This document shows positions 18,225-29,553 of a stretch of 64,000 nucleotides of DNA, in pieces (the stretch's first letter is position 1; each line of letters starts with the position of its first letter). The position numbers and the translations under genes are program-made. The DNA comes from Candidatus Lustribacter sp. (GTDB taxonomy: Bacteria; Vulcanimicrobiota; Vulcanimicrobiia; Vulcanimicrobiales; Vulcanimicrobiaceae). The DNA is taken from positions 96,001-160,000 of the forward strand of contig OZ255842.1 of the NCBI GenBank assembly GCA_965277805.1. The letters are read 5' to 3'. The notes beneath the pieces were generated by a model. That model ran no database searches. It saw only the letters and a program-made list of their open reading frames with translations, and was not told where the DNA came from.

Positions 18225-19765
18225 CGCTCGATATGGAGCGCTTCAGGTTGCGCACATTTGTCGAACAGCTCGTCGAGCTGGACGACTGTATCGTGCACGA
18301 GGAGCCGATCGATCTCGTCGACGTCGCATCGAATCTCGACGGATGCCCGAAGGCGGTCTGGTTCCGCAATGCCGGCGGCGGTGAAGTCGTGGGCAACGTC
18401 ATGGGTTCGCGGCACCGGCTCGCGATCGCCTTAGATGCGGGCGAGAACTCGATTGGCGATGAGATGCGCGAGCGTTTGCTCAAGCGCCATGCCCCCGTTG
18501 AGGTGCCGTCGGCGGACGCGCCGGTGCACGAGCTGGCATACATCGGCGCCGATGCGGATCTCACGTCGCTGCCGGTGCACCTGCAGCATGCGCTGGACGG
18601 TGCGCCCTATATCTCGGCCTCCCTCGACTTCGCGCGCGATGCCGCGACGGGCTGGACGAACGTCGGTTGCCGGCGCATCATGGTGCGCACGCCGTCGAGC
18701 GCCGGCATCGATCTCAACGCACCGAGCGATCTGCGCGCGATGTACGCCGCTGCGACCGCACGCGGCGAGCGACTGCCGTTGGCGTACGCGATCGGCTCGC
18801 ACCCGCTGGACTTTCTCGGTGCGATGGCGGCCACCGAGCCGTGTGACGAGCTCGACGTGCTCGGCGCGATGCGCGGCGCCCCGGTGCCGGTCGTGAAGTG
18901 CAAGACGCTCGATGCCTACGTTCCCGCCGACGCCGAAGTGATCGTCGAAGGCTACCTCGACGAGCGCGGGCTGGTCGAGCCTGAGGGCCCGTACGGCGAG
19001 TACATCGGCTACTACGGCACGATGAAACGCAATCCGGTTTTCCATGTGACCGCGATTACGTCGCGCCGTAAACCGCTCTTCCAGACCGCGACGATCGGCG
19101 GCCGCTGGATCGGTTACACCGATACCGCGCAGCTCGGCTCGGTCAAGACCGAGGCGACGATCGGCACGATCTTGCGGCACGCGGTTCGCGAGCCGCGCTC
19201 GATCTACTGCACGGCCTCATCGGGCGGGATGTATAACGTGCGCGTCTCGTTGCGTCAACGCTATCCAGGCGAAGCTCGCAACGCTATCGCCGCCGTGTTC
19301 GCTTCGGTGGCCGACGTGAAGCACGTGTTCGTCGTCGATGAGGACGTCGATGTGTTCGACGATCAGCAGGTCGACTGGGCGCTGGCGACGCGTTTTCAGG
19401 CGGATCGGGATCTCGTCGTCGAGTCGGGTTTTCGCGCCGTGCCGTTGGATCCGTCGCTCGCCGGATCGCGCGTGGGCGCCAAGGCCGGTTTCGACATGAC
19501 CAAGCCGTTCGGCAAGGCGGACGCGATGGAATACGCGATTCCCGATGCGCCCGCGTTTGCAGCGGTGCCGCAGCGGACCGTACTCGAGGCGCTAACCGCT
19601 GGGCCGTGCACCTTCCTCGACTTGATGGAAGCGACCGGCACGCGCGATGGCCGCGACGTGGTACGCGCGTTCGACGCGCTCTACGAGCAGCAACGTCTCG
19701 GCCGCGCGGACGACGGCCGCTATATCCTCGTCGATGCCCCCAACAACGCGAAGGGAACAACCTAG
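18221..19765 (+). CDS. UbiD-family (prFMN-dependent) decarboxylase/carboxylase
   Basis: LPVHLQHALDGAPYIS, NVGCRR, VPADAEVIVEG, EGPYGEYIGYY, VVDEDVD..D...V.WALATRFQADRD, LDPS, KAGFD.TKP. Confidence 0.92.
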   Translation: MTLDMERFRLRTFVEQLVELDDCIVHEEPIDLVDVASNLDGCPKAVWFRNAGGGEVVGNVMGSRHRLAIALDAGENSIGDEMRERLLKRHAPVEVPSADAPVHELAYIGADADLTSLPVHLQHALDGAPYISASLDFARDAATGWTNVGCRRIMVRTPSSAGIDLNAPSDLRAMYAAATARGERLPLAYAIGSHPLDFLGAMAATEPCDELDVLGAMRGAPVPVVKCKTLDAYVPADAEVIVEGYLDERGLVEPEGPYGEYIGYYGTMKRNPVFHVTAITSRRKPLFQTATIGGRWIGYTDTAQLGSVKTEATIGTILRHAVREPRSIYCTASSGGMYNVRVSLRQRYPGEARNAIAAVFASVADVKHVFVVDEDVDVFDDQQVDWALATRFQADRDLVVESGFRAVPLDPSLAGSRVGAKAGFDMTKPFGKADAMEYAIPDAPAFAAVPQRTVLEALTAGPCTFLDLMEATGTRDGRDVVRAFDALYEQQRLGRADDGRYILVDAPNNAKGTT

Positions 19766-20638
19766 ATGTCCCAGTCAAATGCGTACGCCAAAGGCTACGT
19801 TCAGCTCGATGCGGACGGTCTGCCGCTCGGGATCATGCAGCCGATCACGGAACGGCGCACCACTAAGTTGGAAGTACGCCCCGACGGCGTCGCCATCATT
19901 ACGCTCGACCGGCCGGAGAAGCTCAACGCGTTCGACGAGCGCATGATCCACGAGGTCCGTACGATCATGTGGTCGGCGAACTTCGACGATCGCGTCAAGA
20001 TCATCGTGATCACCGGCTCGGGCCGCGCATTCTGTTCGGGCCGGGATATCAACGGGCTCGATTACGAGAACAACTTACCGACGCGCATGTATCGCGCCTA
20101 CGTCCGCGCCAGCCACGAGATGATGGACGACTTCGAGGCGATCGAAAAGCCCGTCATTGCCGCCGTGAACGGCATCGCCGCCGGCGGCGGGATGGAAATC
20201 GCGATCGCCTGCGACTTCCGGATCGTATCTGCGTCGGCAACGTTTCTGTTGCCGGAAAATCAGCTCGGCGTCATCCCCGCGTCCGGCGCGTGCTCGCGGC
20301 TCATCCAGATGATCGGAATCGGCCGCCTCAAAGAGATGGTGCTCGCGGCGATGCCGATGAGCGCGCAGCGGGCATTCGACATCGGCCTCGCGACGCGCGT
20401 CGTTTCCGACGACGCCTTCATGGAAGGCGTGCTCGAGTTCTGCAACATCTTGCTGGAACGCGCGCCGCTCGCGATGGGGATGGCCAAACACATCATCAAC
20501 ACCTGTCAAAACGTCGACACGGAGACGGGCCGCATCCTCGAGCGGCTCGGCCAATCGGTGCTGATCGGCACCGCCGATAACCACGAGGGCATGACGGCGT
20601 TCCGCGAAAAGCGGCGTCCGGTCTTCACCAACCGGTAG
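19766..20638 (+). CDS. Enoyl-CoA hydratase/isomerase (crotonase) family
   Basis: ITLDRPEKLNAF, GRAFCSGRDI, KPVIAAVNGIAAGGGMEIAIACDFR, PENQLGVIP, AFREKRRP. Confidence 0.93.
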   Translation: MSQSNAYAKGYVQLDADGLPLGIMQPITERRTTKLEVRPDGVAIITLDRPEKLNAFDERMIHEVRTIMWSANFDDRVKIIVITGSGRAFCSGRDINGLDYENNLPTRMYRAYVRASHEMMDDFEAIEKPVIAAVNGIAAGGGMEIAIACDFRIVSASATFLLPENQLGVIPASGACSRLIQMIGIGRLKEMVLAAMPMSAQRAFDIGLATRVVSDDAFMEGVLEFCNILLERAPLAMGMAKHIINTCQNVDTETGRILERLGQSVLIGTADNHEGMTAFREKRRPVFTNR

Positions 20639-21409
20639 ATGGCGCTCTACGTTCGCGATCAGCCCGGCCTGCGCGGCGAATCAACGCTGCTGCTTCTGCA
20701 CGGGCTCGGCTCCAACGGCGCGGTGTGGGACAACATGCTCGCAGCGTTGGCCGGCCGCTGGAAAGGACGCATTCTCGTCCCCGACTTGCGCGGGCACGGC
20801 CGCTCGGAGCCGGGCACCGAGTACGCGTTAGGGCGGCACGCGGCGGACGTCGCGGAGTTTCTCGCCCATGACGAGCCCGTTTCGATCGTCGGTCATTCTA
20901 TGGGTGGGGCGATCGGCGTCGCGCTCGCGAGCGGCATGTATGCCGTGAACGTGCAGCACGTGCTCGGGTTAAGCATCAAACCGGTGTTCACGCCGCCCGA
21001 ACTCGACCGGGCGCGCGCACTGGCCGAAAAGCCGCGCCGGACCTTTGCGACGCGCGACGCGGCAACCGAACGCTTTCTGCTCGTGAGCGGCCTGACCGGT
21101 ATTGTGAAGCTCAGCGATGCGGTCGCCGTGCAAGGCGTTCGGCAGAATGCGGCTGGTTACGAGTTAGCGGCGGATCCGCGGACGACGCTCGTGGCCGGAC
21201 CGCCGCTCGCGCCGATGCTGAGCGCGGCCGCGGCACCGGTCGTGCTCGCGACGGGCGACCGCGACCACATCGCGACCGTCGACGACCTGCGCAAATGCGC
21301 GGGCAACGTTGCCGTCATCGCCGGCGCGGGTCACAACGTCCATGTCGAGCGTGCCGATTTCATCGCCGACCTCGCGTTGACCACGATGCTTGCAGGGAGC
21401 CTGACATGA
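20639..21409 (+). CDS. Alpha/beta hydrolase
   Basis: [29 protein letters not shown]. Confidence 0.9.
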   Translation: MALYVRDQPGLRGESTLLLLHGLGSNGAVWDNMLAALAGRWKGRILVPDLRGHGRSEPGTEYALGRHAADVAEFLAHDEPVSIVGHSMGGAIGVALASGMYAVNVQHVLGLSIKPVFTPPELDRARALAEKPRRTFATRDAATERFLLVSGLTGIVKLSDAVAVQGVRQNAAGYELAADPRTTLVAGPPLAPMLSAAAAPVVLATGDRDHIATVDDLRKCAGNVAVIAGAGHNVHVERADFIADLALTTMLAGSLT

Positions 21410-22704
21410 TCGAGACGCGGATTGCGCCGTTGCAGTTCGGGTTCGGCAACGAGTTTTCATCGGAAGCCGTGCCGGGCGCGCTGCCCGTCGGCCAAAACTC
21501 GCCGCAGCGCGCGCCCTTCGGGCTGTACGCGGAGTTGCTGTCGGGGACCGCGTTCACGGCCCCCCGCGCGGAGAACCGGCGCACGTGGACGTATCGCTTG
21601 CGTCCGTCGGCCGCATCGTCGCCGTTCCGCCAAATCGATGCCGGACGAATCTGCAACGCACCATTGCGCGATGCCGTGCCGACCCCCAATCGCATGCGCT
21701 GGGATCCGCTGCCCGAACCGGATGCGCCGGCAGACTTCGTCGACGGCCTCACGACGCTGCTCGTCAACGGCGATCCGGCGCTGCAGGCCGGTGTGGCGGT
21801 GCATCTGTATTCGTGCAACCGCTCGATGACGGCGCGCGCGTTTGCGAATGCGGACGGCGAGCTGCTGATCGTGCCGTGGCGGGGCGCGATCGATCTCATC
21901 ACCGAACTCGGAATTCTTTCGCTCGTTCCCGGGCACATCGCCGTCATTCCGCGCGGGATGAAGTTTCGCGTCGAACTCAAGGACGGCGTCGCGCAGGGCT
22001 ACATCTGCGAAAACCACGGCCAGCCGCTGAAACTTCCGGAGTTGGGCCCGATCGGTTCAAACGGTCTCGCGAACGCGCGCGACTTCGGCTCGCCCGTCGC
22101 CGCCTTCGAAGACGATGCGACGCCGACGCAGATCGTCATGAAGTTCGGCGGACGGCTGTGGACTACCGAACTAGACCGCTCGCCATTCGACATCGTCGCC
22201 TGGCACGGCAACAACGTTCCTTATGGATACGATCTGGCGCGATTTAATGTCCTGGGAACCGTCAGCTACGATCATCCCGATCCGTCGATCTATACCGTGC
22301 TGACCTCGACCTCCGATGTGCCGGGCACGGCCAATGTGGATTTCGTCGTGTTTGCGCCGCGCTGGCTCGTGGCCGAGCACACGTTCCGTCCGCCGTGGTT
22401 CCACCGCAACATCATGAACGAGTACATGGGCTTGATCTCGGGCAGCTACGATGCCAAGGCCGAGGGCTTCGTTCCCGGCGGCAGCAGCCTGCACAACTGC
22501 ATGGCCGGACACGGGCCCGATTTTACCACGTACGAGCGCGCGAGCAGCGCCGTACTTGCGCCGCACAAGATCGAGAACAGCCTCGCTTTCATGTTCGAGT
22601 CGCGCTACGTCTTCGTCCCGACCACGTATGCCCAAACATCTCCGGCCTTACAGCCGTCGTACGACGATTGCTGGTCGGGCTTCCCCAAAGGAACGCTTCC
22701 GTGA
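21406..22704 (+). CDS. hmgA: Homogentisate 1,2-dioxygenase
   Basis: [72 protein letters not shown]. Confidence 0.97.
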   Translation: MIETRIAPLQFGFGNEFSSEAVPGALPVGQNSPQRAPFGLYAELLSGTAFTAPRAENRRTWTYRLRPSAASSPFRQIDAGRICNAPLRDAVPTPNRMRWDPLPEPDAPADFVDGLTTLLVNGDPALQAGVAVHLYSCNRSMTARAFANADGELLIVPWRGAIDLITELGILSLVPGHIAVIPRGMKFRVELKDGVAQGYICENHGQPLKLPELGPIGSNGLANARDFGSPVAAFEDDATPTQIVMKFGGRLWTTELDRSPFDIVAWHGNNVPYGYDLARFNVLGTVSYDHPDPSIYTVLTSTSDVPGTANVDFVVFAPRWLVAEHTFRPPWFHRNIMNEYMGLISGSYDAKAEGFVPGGSSLHNCMAGHGPDFTTYERASSAVLAPHKIENSLAFMFESRYVFVPTTYAQTSPALQPSYDDCWSGFPKGTLP

Positions 22705-24029
22705 CCGCAGACCGGTTAGATCTCGACCGTACGCACGACGCCGCCGCGCGCTCGTGGGTCGCATCGGCCAACGAACCCGGCACCGACTTTCCGGTGCAGA
22801 ACCTGCCGTTTGGCGTCTTTCGGCGTTCTGCGGCGGAAACGTTTCGGGCCGGCATCGCGATCGGCGATCGCATCGTCGACCTCAGCGCCCCCGCCGCGCA
22901 GGCGGTTCTGCGCCGCGTCTCGCCGGCGCTGCTCAAAGCGGCTTCGGAATCGAGTCTGAACGCGTTGGCGGCACTCGATCCCGAAGCGTTGACGTCGCTG
23001 CGCCGTGAACTCTTCGATCTGCTCAGCACCGAATCACGGCGCGCCGAAATCGAGAGCGCGCTCGTGCCGATGACGGGCGTTCACTACGCCGTCCCCTTTG
23101 CAATCGGCGACTTCACGGACTTCTACGCCTCTATCTTTCACGCAACGCGCGTCGGCACGATGTACCGCCCGACCAATCCGCTCATGCCGAACTACAAGTA
23201 CGTCCCGGTCGCCTATCATGGGCGCAGCTCAACGGTCGTGGTTGACGGCACGCCGGTGCGACGGCCGCGCGGTCAGCTGAAGCTGAGCGAAGATGCATCA
23301 CCGGTGTTCGATGTCTGCCGCAAGCTTGACTACGAAGCGGAAGTCGGTTTCTACATCGGCCGCCCGACGCAAGGGGAAGTCGGAGTCGATGCGGCGCCGG
23401 AGCACGTTTTCGGCTTTACGGTGCTCAACGATTGGTCGGCGCGCGACATCCAGACCTGGGAGTATCAGCCGCTCGGGCCGTTCCTCGGCAAGAATTTCGC
23501 CACGACCGTCTCGCCGTGGGTCGTCACGATGGATGCCCTCCGGCCGTTCCGCACGCACGCGCTGATCCGGCCCGACGGCGACCCGGCCGCGTTGCCGCAT
23601 CTCTCCTCGGCTCAGGATACGGAGCACGGTGGTGTCGACATCGCGATCGAGGTATCGATTCGCTCGAAACGCATGCGAAACGAAAGCCTGCCGCCGTTCA
23701 GGTTGAGCCGCTCGTCGTTCGCCGATTCTTATTGGACGTTTTCACAAATGCTCGTGCACCACGCGAGCAACGGCTGCGTGCTGCGCAGCGGTGACTTGAT
23801 GGGCAGCGGCACGATGTCGGGCCCGGGCGACAACCCCTCGATGTGGGGCAGCTTGGTTGAGTTATCGCACAACGGCCGCGACGCGCTGACGCTTCCGTCG
23901 GGAGAGACGCGCACGTTCATCGCCGACGGTGATGAGATCATGATGCGCGCGCATTGCGAGCGGCCCGGATTCGCATCCATCGGTTTCGGCGTTGCCGGCG
24001 GCATCGTGGCCGCCCCACTAGCTTCTTGA
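22701..24029 (+). CDS. fahA: Fumarylacetoacetase
   Basis: [72 protein letters not shown]. Confidence 0.96.
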   Translation: MTADRLDLDRTHDAAARSWVASANEPGTDFPVQNLPFGVFRRSAAETFRAGIAIGDRIVDLSAPAAQAVLRRVSPALLKAASESSLNALAALDPEALTSLRRELFDLLSTESRRAEIESALVPMTGVHYAVPFAIGDFTDFYASIFHATRVGTMYRPTNPLMPNYKYVPVAYHGRSSTVVVDGTPVRRPRGQLKLSEDASPVFDVCRKLDYEAEVGFYIGRPTQGEVGVDAAPEHVFGFTVLNDWSARDIQTWEYQPLGPFLGKNFATTVSPWVVTMDALRPFRTHALIRPDGDPAALPHLSSAQDTEHGGVDIAIEVSIRSKRMRNESLPPFRLSRSSFADSYWTFSQMLVHHASNGCVLRSGDLMGSGTMSGPGDNPSMWGSLVELSHNGRDALTLPSGETRTFIADGDEIMMRAHCERPGFASIGFGVAGGIVAAPLAS

Positions 24030-24040
24030 GGAGACCCGTC

Positions 24041-25159
24041 ATGAAAACACTAGCCGTTCTACTCGGCATGCTTCTATTGGCCGGGCCCGTGCAGGCCGCG
24101 GATCCATGGACGGTCGGCATCATCGCCCCGACCACCGGTCCCATCGCAACGGTCGGCGTGCGACAGCTCTCTGCCGTCCAATGGTGGGCGCAGGACGCGA
24201 ATGCCCACGGCGGGATACGCGGCCGCCAAATCAACCTCGTCCACTGCAATGACGAGGGCAGCCCGGAAAAGAGTGTCACGTGCATGCGCGACCTCTTGAG
24301 CAAAGGCGCGGTTCTCATCTTGAACGGTTCCGTGTCGGGTCCGATCTTCGCCGACATACCGCTCGTCAGTAACGGCCCCGTCATGGTGACGCCCTCGCCG
24401 AACGTTCTGCCGCCAGCCGAAAGTTACGTGTTTCAAACGAGCCCGTCCGATTTGGAATTGACCAAAGCGATCGCCGCGTACGCGAAGGGGAACGCCGTCA
24501 AGCAGATCGCGATGATTGCGGCGACCGATGCTTCGGGTGAAGTCGGCGTGACCAACGCTTCCAACGTTTTCAAGCAACAGGGCGTCAACTATAAACTCGC
24601 GCGCATCGATCTCAACGCCAGCGATGCATCGATCCAGCTCGGCGCGATCGCGAGCGGCGCGCAATTCATCTATTCCAACTATTCGGGCGGCGGCGCGGTG
24701 ACGGTCGTCAAGAGCTACGCAAACCTCGGCCTTCAGCAGCCGCTGTTGATTAGCTACGCCAACATCTCCGACTCGTTCCTCGCCTTGATCAAGGACGACA
24801 TGCCGCAGCGGCTGCTCGCGGTCGGTCTGAAGGCTGCGGCTCCCGACTTGATCACCGATGCCGCCGTGCGCGCACACGTCGAGTATTTCTCGAAATCGTA
24901 CACGGCGTGGAAGCACGAACCGATCGACCACTTGAGCTTGCTCGGCCTGACCATGGCCGACGTCGCCGGCGCCGTCCTCGCGCACGTCAACGATCCCACG
25001 AAGGCTGCCGACGTGCGTAAGTATCTCGAAGAGCATCCGATCCCGAGCGTCGGAACGCTGCGCTTCTCGCATACGACGCACGTCGGATTCTCGGCTGCCG
25101 ACGTCACCGCGCTCGAATACAAAGGCAATCGCTGGGAAAAGGCCGGCCCGCTGAAATGA
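24041..25159 (+). CDS. Branched-chain amino acid-type (LivJ/K-like) ABC substrate-binding protein
   Basis: GAGGAG RBS; signal peptide MKTLAVLLGMLLLAGPVQA; VGIIAPTTGP, NAHGGIRGRQI; first gene of a Liv-type cassette. Confidence 0.88.
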   Translation: MKTLAVLLGMLLLAGPVQAADPWTVGIIAPTTGPIATVGVRQLSAVQWWAQDANAHGGIRGRQINLVHCNDEGSPEKSVTCMRDLLSKGAVLILNGSVSGPIFADIPLVSNGPVMVTPSPNVLPPAESYVFQTSPSDLELTKAIAAYAKGNAVKQIAMIAATDASGEVGVTNASNVFKQQGVNYKLARIDLNASDASIQLGAIASGAQFIYSNYSGGGAVTVVKSYANLGLQQPLLISYANISDSFLALIKDDMPQRLLAVGLKAAAPDLITDAAVRAHVEYFSKSYTAWKHEPIDHLSLLGLTMADVAGAVLAHVNDPTKAADVRKYLEEHPIPSVGTLRFSHTTHVGFSAADVTALEYKGNRWEKAGPLK

Positions 25160-26022
25160 GCTTGCTTCCGCAAGCAGTGATGAGCGGCCTCATATCCGGC
25201 ACCGTTTATGCGCTGCTTGCGATGGGGTTGATCATCGCGTTCCAAACGACGCGCATCGTGAACCTCGCGCACGGCGAGACCTATGCGATCTCGGGGCTCG
25301 TCACGGCTGGTCTCGCCCACGCCGGCGCACCGATCGTCGCGGCGCTCGCCGGCGGCATTATGACGGCGACGCTGTTCTCGATCGGCGTCGAACGGCTGCT
25401 GTTGCGGCCGCGCGCATCGTGGCCGCTGTCGAGCCTCATCTTGGTGAGTTTGGCCGCAGCGTTTCTCAGCCGCGGTGTGCTGCAAGTCGGCTTTGGACCC
25501 GACCCGGAATCGTTCAAGCGCCTTTTCGTCGGCGCGCCGCTGCGGATCGGCGACGGTGCGCTCTCGCAGCAGGGACTATGGCTGATTCTCATCGGCTTGG
25601 TCGCGGTTTTTGCGACCACGCAATTTCTGACGCGCACCCGGATCGGCCGCCAGTTGCGCGCAACGGCGGAAAACCCCGATGCGGCGCAGTTGCTCGGGAT
25701 CAACGTCGGCGCCGCGCGGACGATCGCGTTCGCCATCGCGGGCTGCCTCGGCGGGCTCAGTGCCGCGCTGCTGGTACCGCTGATTTCCGTCGACTACCAG
25801 GTGGGTCTCGGGATGACGCTGCGCGGTTTTATCGCCGCTTCGCTCGGAGGCATGTCGCCGCTGAGCGGCATCTTCGGTGGGCTCGGACTGGGACTCGCGG
25901 AAGCGCTCGTCACGACCTACTTTGGAGCGCTCGCGCAGGATCCGGTGATCTTTCTCGTGCTGATCGGCGTCGCGTTGTGGCAGAGCCGCAAAATCTTGTT
26001 CGGCGGCAGCATTCGCGCATGA
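25156..26022 (+). CDS. Liv-type ABC permease (LivH-like)
   Basis: GTVYALLAMGL....TRIVNLAHG, TRIGRQLRATAENPDAAQLLGIN. Confidence 0.92.
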   Translation: MSLLPQAVMSGLISGTVYALLAMGLIIAFQTTRIVNLAHGETYAISGLVTAGLAHAGAPIVAALAGGIMTATLFSIGVERLLLRPRASWPLSSLILVSLAAAFLSRGVLQVGFGPDPESFKRLFVGAPLRIGDGALSQQGLWLILIGLVAVFATTQFLTRTRIGRQLRATAENPDAAQLLGINVGAARTIAFAIAGCLGGLSAALLVPLISVDYQVGLGMTLRGFIAASLGGMSPLSGIFGGLGLGLAEALVTTYFGALAQDPVIFLVLIGVALWQSRKILFGGSIRA

Positions 26023-27719
26023 CACGCAAGACGCTCGTGGTAGCAATCGTGCTGCTCGTCGCCGTGGCGAGCCCCTACGCCGGATTCATCCCCGGCTGGT
26101 CGCCCGCACTCGCAACGAACGTTTCGTTTACCGCTCTCGCGCTCGTCGGCCTCAACCTCATCTTCGGTGTCGCCGGAATGCTCGCGTTCGGACAGGCCGC
26201 ATTCATGGTGATCCCGGCCTACTTTAGCGGCGTCCTGGAGCGCGCCGGGATCGCGCCATTCTTGGCGATCGCGATCGGATTCGTTGCCGCGGTGGTGCTG
26301 GCGCGCGTGCTGGCCGAATTTTTCGTGCGCTTGCCCGGCATCTACCTCGCGTTCGGTACGCTCGGCTTCGGCTACGTCGTGGAAGGCCTCGCGCGAGCGT
26401 TTCCGGCCTGGACGGGCGGCGCGTCGGGTCTCGTTTTTGCGAGCGGGCGCGCGATCGGTCAAAACGCGTGGTACGCGATTTCCGTTGCGGCGCTCGCCGT
26501 GGGCCTCATCGTCTATATCCTCGCTCTGCGCGGCGGCCGCTGGCGGCGATTGCGCACGATCCGGCACGACGAACTGGTCGCGGCGGCGCTCGGCGTCGAC
26601 GTGACGCGCGAGAAGGTGCGCACGTTCACGCTGGGCTGCCTGTTCGCGTCGGTCGCGGGAACGCTGCTGTGCTACTACGTCGGCGTGGTCGTGCCGGACG
26701 ATGCCGGCGCGCAGCGGTCGCTCTCGCAGATCGGCATGGTCATGATGGGCGGGCCGGCGCTCACGTTCGGGCCGGTCGTCGGCGCGTTCTTGGTGGCGTG
26801 GCTGTTCTTCGTGGCGGGCGTCGGCGGCCGCTTCGAGTCGCTCGTGTACGGCATCGTGTTCTTGATCGCGGTGTTGTACGCGAAGAACGGGCTGCTCGGA
26901 TTCATCCCGCCTTCCGTGCGCGGTTCTTCTTCGAAGAAGCATTACTCATCGGCTGCGCCGGTGCTTCCGATCGCAAGGCAGCGCGACGCGCAAAGCAACG
27001 GTATCTGTCTCCGCGTGGATTCGGTCGGCAAAGCGTTCCAAGGGTTGACCGCGCTGGATGCGGTGAGCTTCGAAGTTCGCACCGGCGAAGTCTTCGCTCT
27101 CGTCGGTCCGAATGGGGCCGGCAAATCGACGCTCTTCAACATCATCTGCGGGCTCATCGAGCCGACTGCCGGCAGCGTGCATTTGCTCGGCAAAGACGTC
27201 ACCGCGATGCCGATTCACTCCCGCGCGCCCTTGATCGGACGCGCGTTTCAGGTGGCGCGGCTGATTCCGGAATTGACGGCCGCGGAAAACGTGATGGTCC
27301 GCATCGACAACATCGCCGCGAAGCTCGGGGAAGAAGAGCGGCGCGGCGTTGCGCTGGCGCAGCTGGAAGCCTTCGGCTTGCTGCCCCTTGCGGACAGCGC
27401 CGTCAGCACGCTCAGTATCGGACAGCACAAACTGATCGACGTCGCGCGGGCCGCGGCCGGCGACCCGCCCCTCGTGTTGCTCGACGAGCCCGCGGTCGGG
27501 TTGACCGACGCGGAGCTGCTGCATCTGCGCGACGTGATCGTCAAGCTGCGCGAACGCGGCACGTCGGTATTGATCGTCGAGCATAACATCGATTTCGCGT
27601 CGTCGGTGGCCTCGCGCGGACTGGTGCTCGACAGCGGCCGCGCCGTGACGAGTGGTCCGATGAACGAGATCCTCGCCGACGAGCGCGTGCAGAGCGCCTA
27701 CTTCGGTGCGCTCACGTGA
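26019..27719 (+). CDS. Fused Liv-type permease/ATPase (LivM-LivG-like)
   Basis: N-terminal TM part (GLNLIFGVAGMLAFGQAAF, IRHDELVAAALGVD); C-terminal GPNGAGKST and LLDEPAVG. Confidence 0.9.
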   Translation: MTRKTLVVAIVLLVAVASPYAGFIPGWSPALATNVSFTALALVGLNLIFGVAGMLAFGQAAFMVIPAYFSGVLERAGIAPFLAIAIGFVAAVVLARVLAEFFVRLPGIYLAFGTLGFGYVVEGLARAFPAWTGGASGLVFASGRAIGQNAWYAISVAALAVGLIVYILALRGGRWRRLRTIRHDELVAAALGVDVTREKVRTFTLGCLFASVAGTLLCYYVGVVVPDDAGAQRSLSQIGMVMMGGPALTFGPVVGAFLVAWLFFVAGVGGRFESLVYGIVFLIAVLYAKNGLLGFIPPSVRGSSSKKHYSSAAPVLPIARQRDAQSNGICLRVDSVGKAFQGLTALDAVSFEVRTGEVFALVGPNGAGKSTLFNIICGLIEPTAGSVHLLGKDVTAMPIHSRAPLIGRAFQVARLIPELTAAENVMVRIDNIAAKLGEEERRGVALAQLEAFGLLPLADSAVSTLSIGQHKLIDVARAAAGDPPLVLLDEPAVGLTDAELLHLRDVIVKLRERGTSVLIVEHNIDFASSVASRGLVLDSGRAVTSGPMNEILADERVQSAYFGALT

Positions 27720-28375
27720 CCGCGCCGCTCGCCATTCGCGACCTCAGCGGCGGCTATGGCCGGCTAGCGATCTTCCGCGGCCTCGATCTCAATCTCACCG
27801 AGCGCCGTACGTTCGGGGTGCTCGGGCCGAACGGCTCCGGTAAAACGACGCTGCTGAAGACGGTCGCGGGCTTGCTTCCCGCATTCGCCGGGGACGTGTT
27901 GCTCGAGGGCGTTTCGCTCAGCCGCAAATCGGCGTATCAGCGAACGCGGGCCGGCCTCGTGCTCGTTCCCGAAGGCCGTCAAGTGCTCGTGAAGCTCAGC
28001 GTGCTGGAGAACCTCGAGCTGACGCAGTCGGCGGGGCGCTTAGCGCCCAGCGACTTCCGTTCGCGGCTGGATGAGGTTCTTGCACTCTTCCCGCGGCTGG
28101 GCGAGCGCCTCAAACAACCGGGCGGCGCATTGAGCGGCGGCGAGCAGCAGATGCTCGCGATCGCGCGGGCGCTGCTGCTCGATCCGCTCGTGCTGATGCT
28201 CGACGAGCCGACGCAAGGGCTCGCGCCGATCGTACTCGGCCAAGTTCTAAGCGCGCTGCAACAGTTGAAGGGCCGCTTCTCCATGCTCATCGTCGAGCAA
28301 AACAAATCGTTCCTGCACGCACTGGCCGAGGAAGTCTGCACGATGAGCAGCGGCCGGCTCGGAGAGATCACATGA
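27716..28375 (+). CDS. Liv-type ABC ATPase (LivF-like)
   Basis: GPNGSGKTT, VPEGRQ, LSGGEQQMLAIARAL, LDEPTQGLAP. Confidence 0.93.
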   Translation: MTAPLAIRDLSGGYGRLAIFRGLDLNLTERRTFGVLGPNGSGKTTLLKTVAGLLPAFAGDVLLEGVSLSRKSAYQRTRAGLVLVPEGRQVLVKLSVLENLELTQSAGRLAPSDFRSRLDEVLALFPRLGERLKQPGGALSGGEQQMLAIARALLLDPLVLMLDEPTQGLAPIVLGQVLSALQQLKGRFSMLIVEQNKSFLHALAEEVCTMSSGRLGEIT

Positions 28376-29553
28376 GCGTTCCACGCTGGCCGCGTTATCC
28401 GCGCGGACTCGACTTCGTCAGCTTCGAGCAACCGCCGGCCGGCGTAACACCGGAGATCGTGGTTCTGAAGGCCGAAGACGGCGGTATCTCGCGTGGCGTG
28501 CTTTATTCCACCGGCAAAGAGCGGACGGTGGTATGCCTCATGCATCCGCGCGCCGACATGACGCGCCATTACCTGATTCCCTATTTGGTCGAGAACGGAA
28601 TCGCGTTCTTCGCCCAAGAGAGCCGTTGGCCGGGCACCGACATCGCGACGATTCACGAAGTGCTCCTCGCCGACGTCGCGGCGGCAATGACGCGTTTGCG
28701 CTCGCGCAACTTCAAGTCGATCGTGCTGCTCGGAAATAGCGGCGCCGGATCCCTCTATTGTTTGTATCAGGCCCAGGCCGTGACGGCGCCGGCGGGTCGC
28801 TTGACCGACACCGCCGGCGGCGATCCGTACGATCTCAACGCGTTCACCATGCCGCCCGCAGACGGCATGATCTTTCTCGGCGCGCACTTGGGGGCCGGCA
28901 AGATTTTGCAAACCGAAATCGATCCATCGATGATCGACGAGAACGATCCGCTGTCGTGCGATCCGCAACTCGACATGTACGCGCCGGCGAATGGTTTTCG
29001 CGAGCCGCCGGAATACAGTACCTACTCAGACGACTTTCTCGCCCGCTATCGCAGCGCGCAGACGAAACGCGTCGAGCGCATCGACGCCATCGCTCGCGAG
29101 TACATTCGCAACCCGCAGCCGTTCCGATACATGCAAATTTTCCGGCTCGATGCGAACCCCGGCAGCACGAGCCGGCCGGTGCCGCCGTCGCGGCGTACGT
29201 ACGGTTCCCTGATGTCGGTTCGGCCCGATCTCAGCAACCGTGCCGAACCCGGCACCAAGGTGATCGCCGCACGCGCGTGGCTGAGTTCATGGTCGGGTCT
29301 TTCATCCCGCGCGGCCGTTCTGGACAACTTACCAAAAATCACGGCTCCGACCCTCGTCGCGAATTACGATGCCGACAACGCCATCTATCCTGAGGCATCC
29401 GACACGATTTTTGCAGCCTCGCCGGCAAGCGACAAAACGCGCGTCCAATTCGAGGGCGATCATTTCGGGCTGACCTCGAGCTTTGGACGCAAGCCGCGTG
29501 GACCGAAGTCCGCTTCCACCGTGATCCTGGAGTGGCTCGATGCGCGTTATTAA
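28372..29553 (+). CDS. Alpha/beta-fold hydrolase of unknown substrate
   Basis: LLGNSGAGSL nucleophile elbow; C-terminal D(ADN) and GDHFG are candidate triad residues. Confidence 0.75.
   Translation: MSVPRWPRYPRGLDFVSFEQPPAGVTPEIVVLKAEDGGISRGVLYSTGKERTVVCLMHPRADMTRHYLIPYLVENGIAFFAQESRWPGTDIATIHEVLLADVAAAMTRLRSRNFKSIVLLGNSGAGSLYCLYQAQAVTAPAGRLTDTAGGDPYDLNAFTMPPADGMIFLGAHLGAGKILQTEIDPSMIDENDPLSCDPQLDMYAPANGFREPPEYSTYSDDFLARYRSAQTKRVERIDAIAREYIRNPQPFRYMQIFRLDANPGSTSRPVPPSRRTYGSLMSVRPDLSNRAEPGTKVIAARAWLSSWSGLSSRAAVLDNLPKITAPTLVANYDADNAIYPEASDTIFAASPASDKTRVQFEGDHFGLTSSFGRKPRGPKSASTVILEWLDARY

Noticed and set aside
26019-27719. LivM-LivG fusion as a novelty
   Set aside because: Permease-ATPase fusions are common in Liv-type systems.
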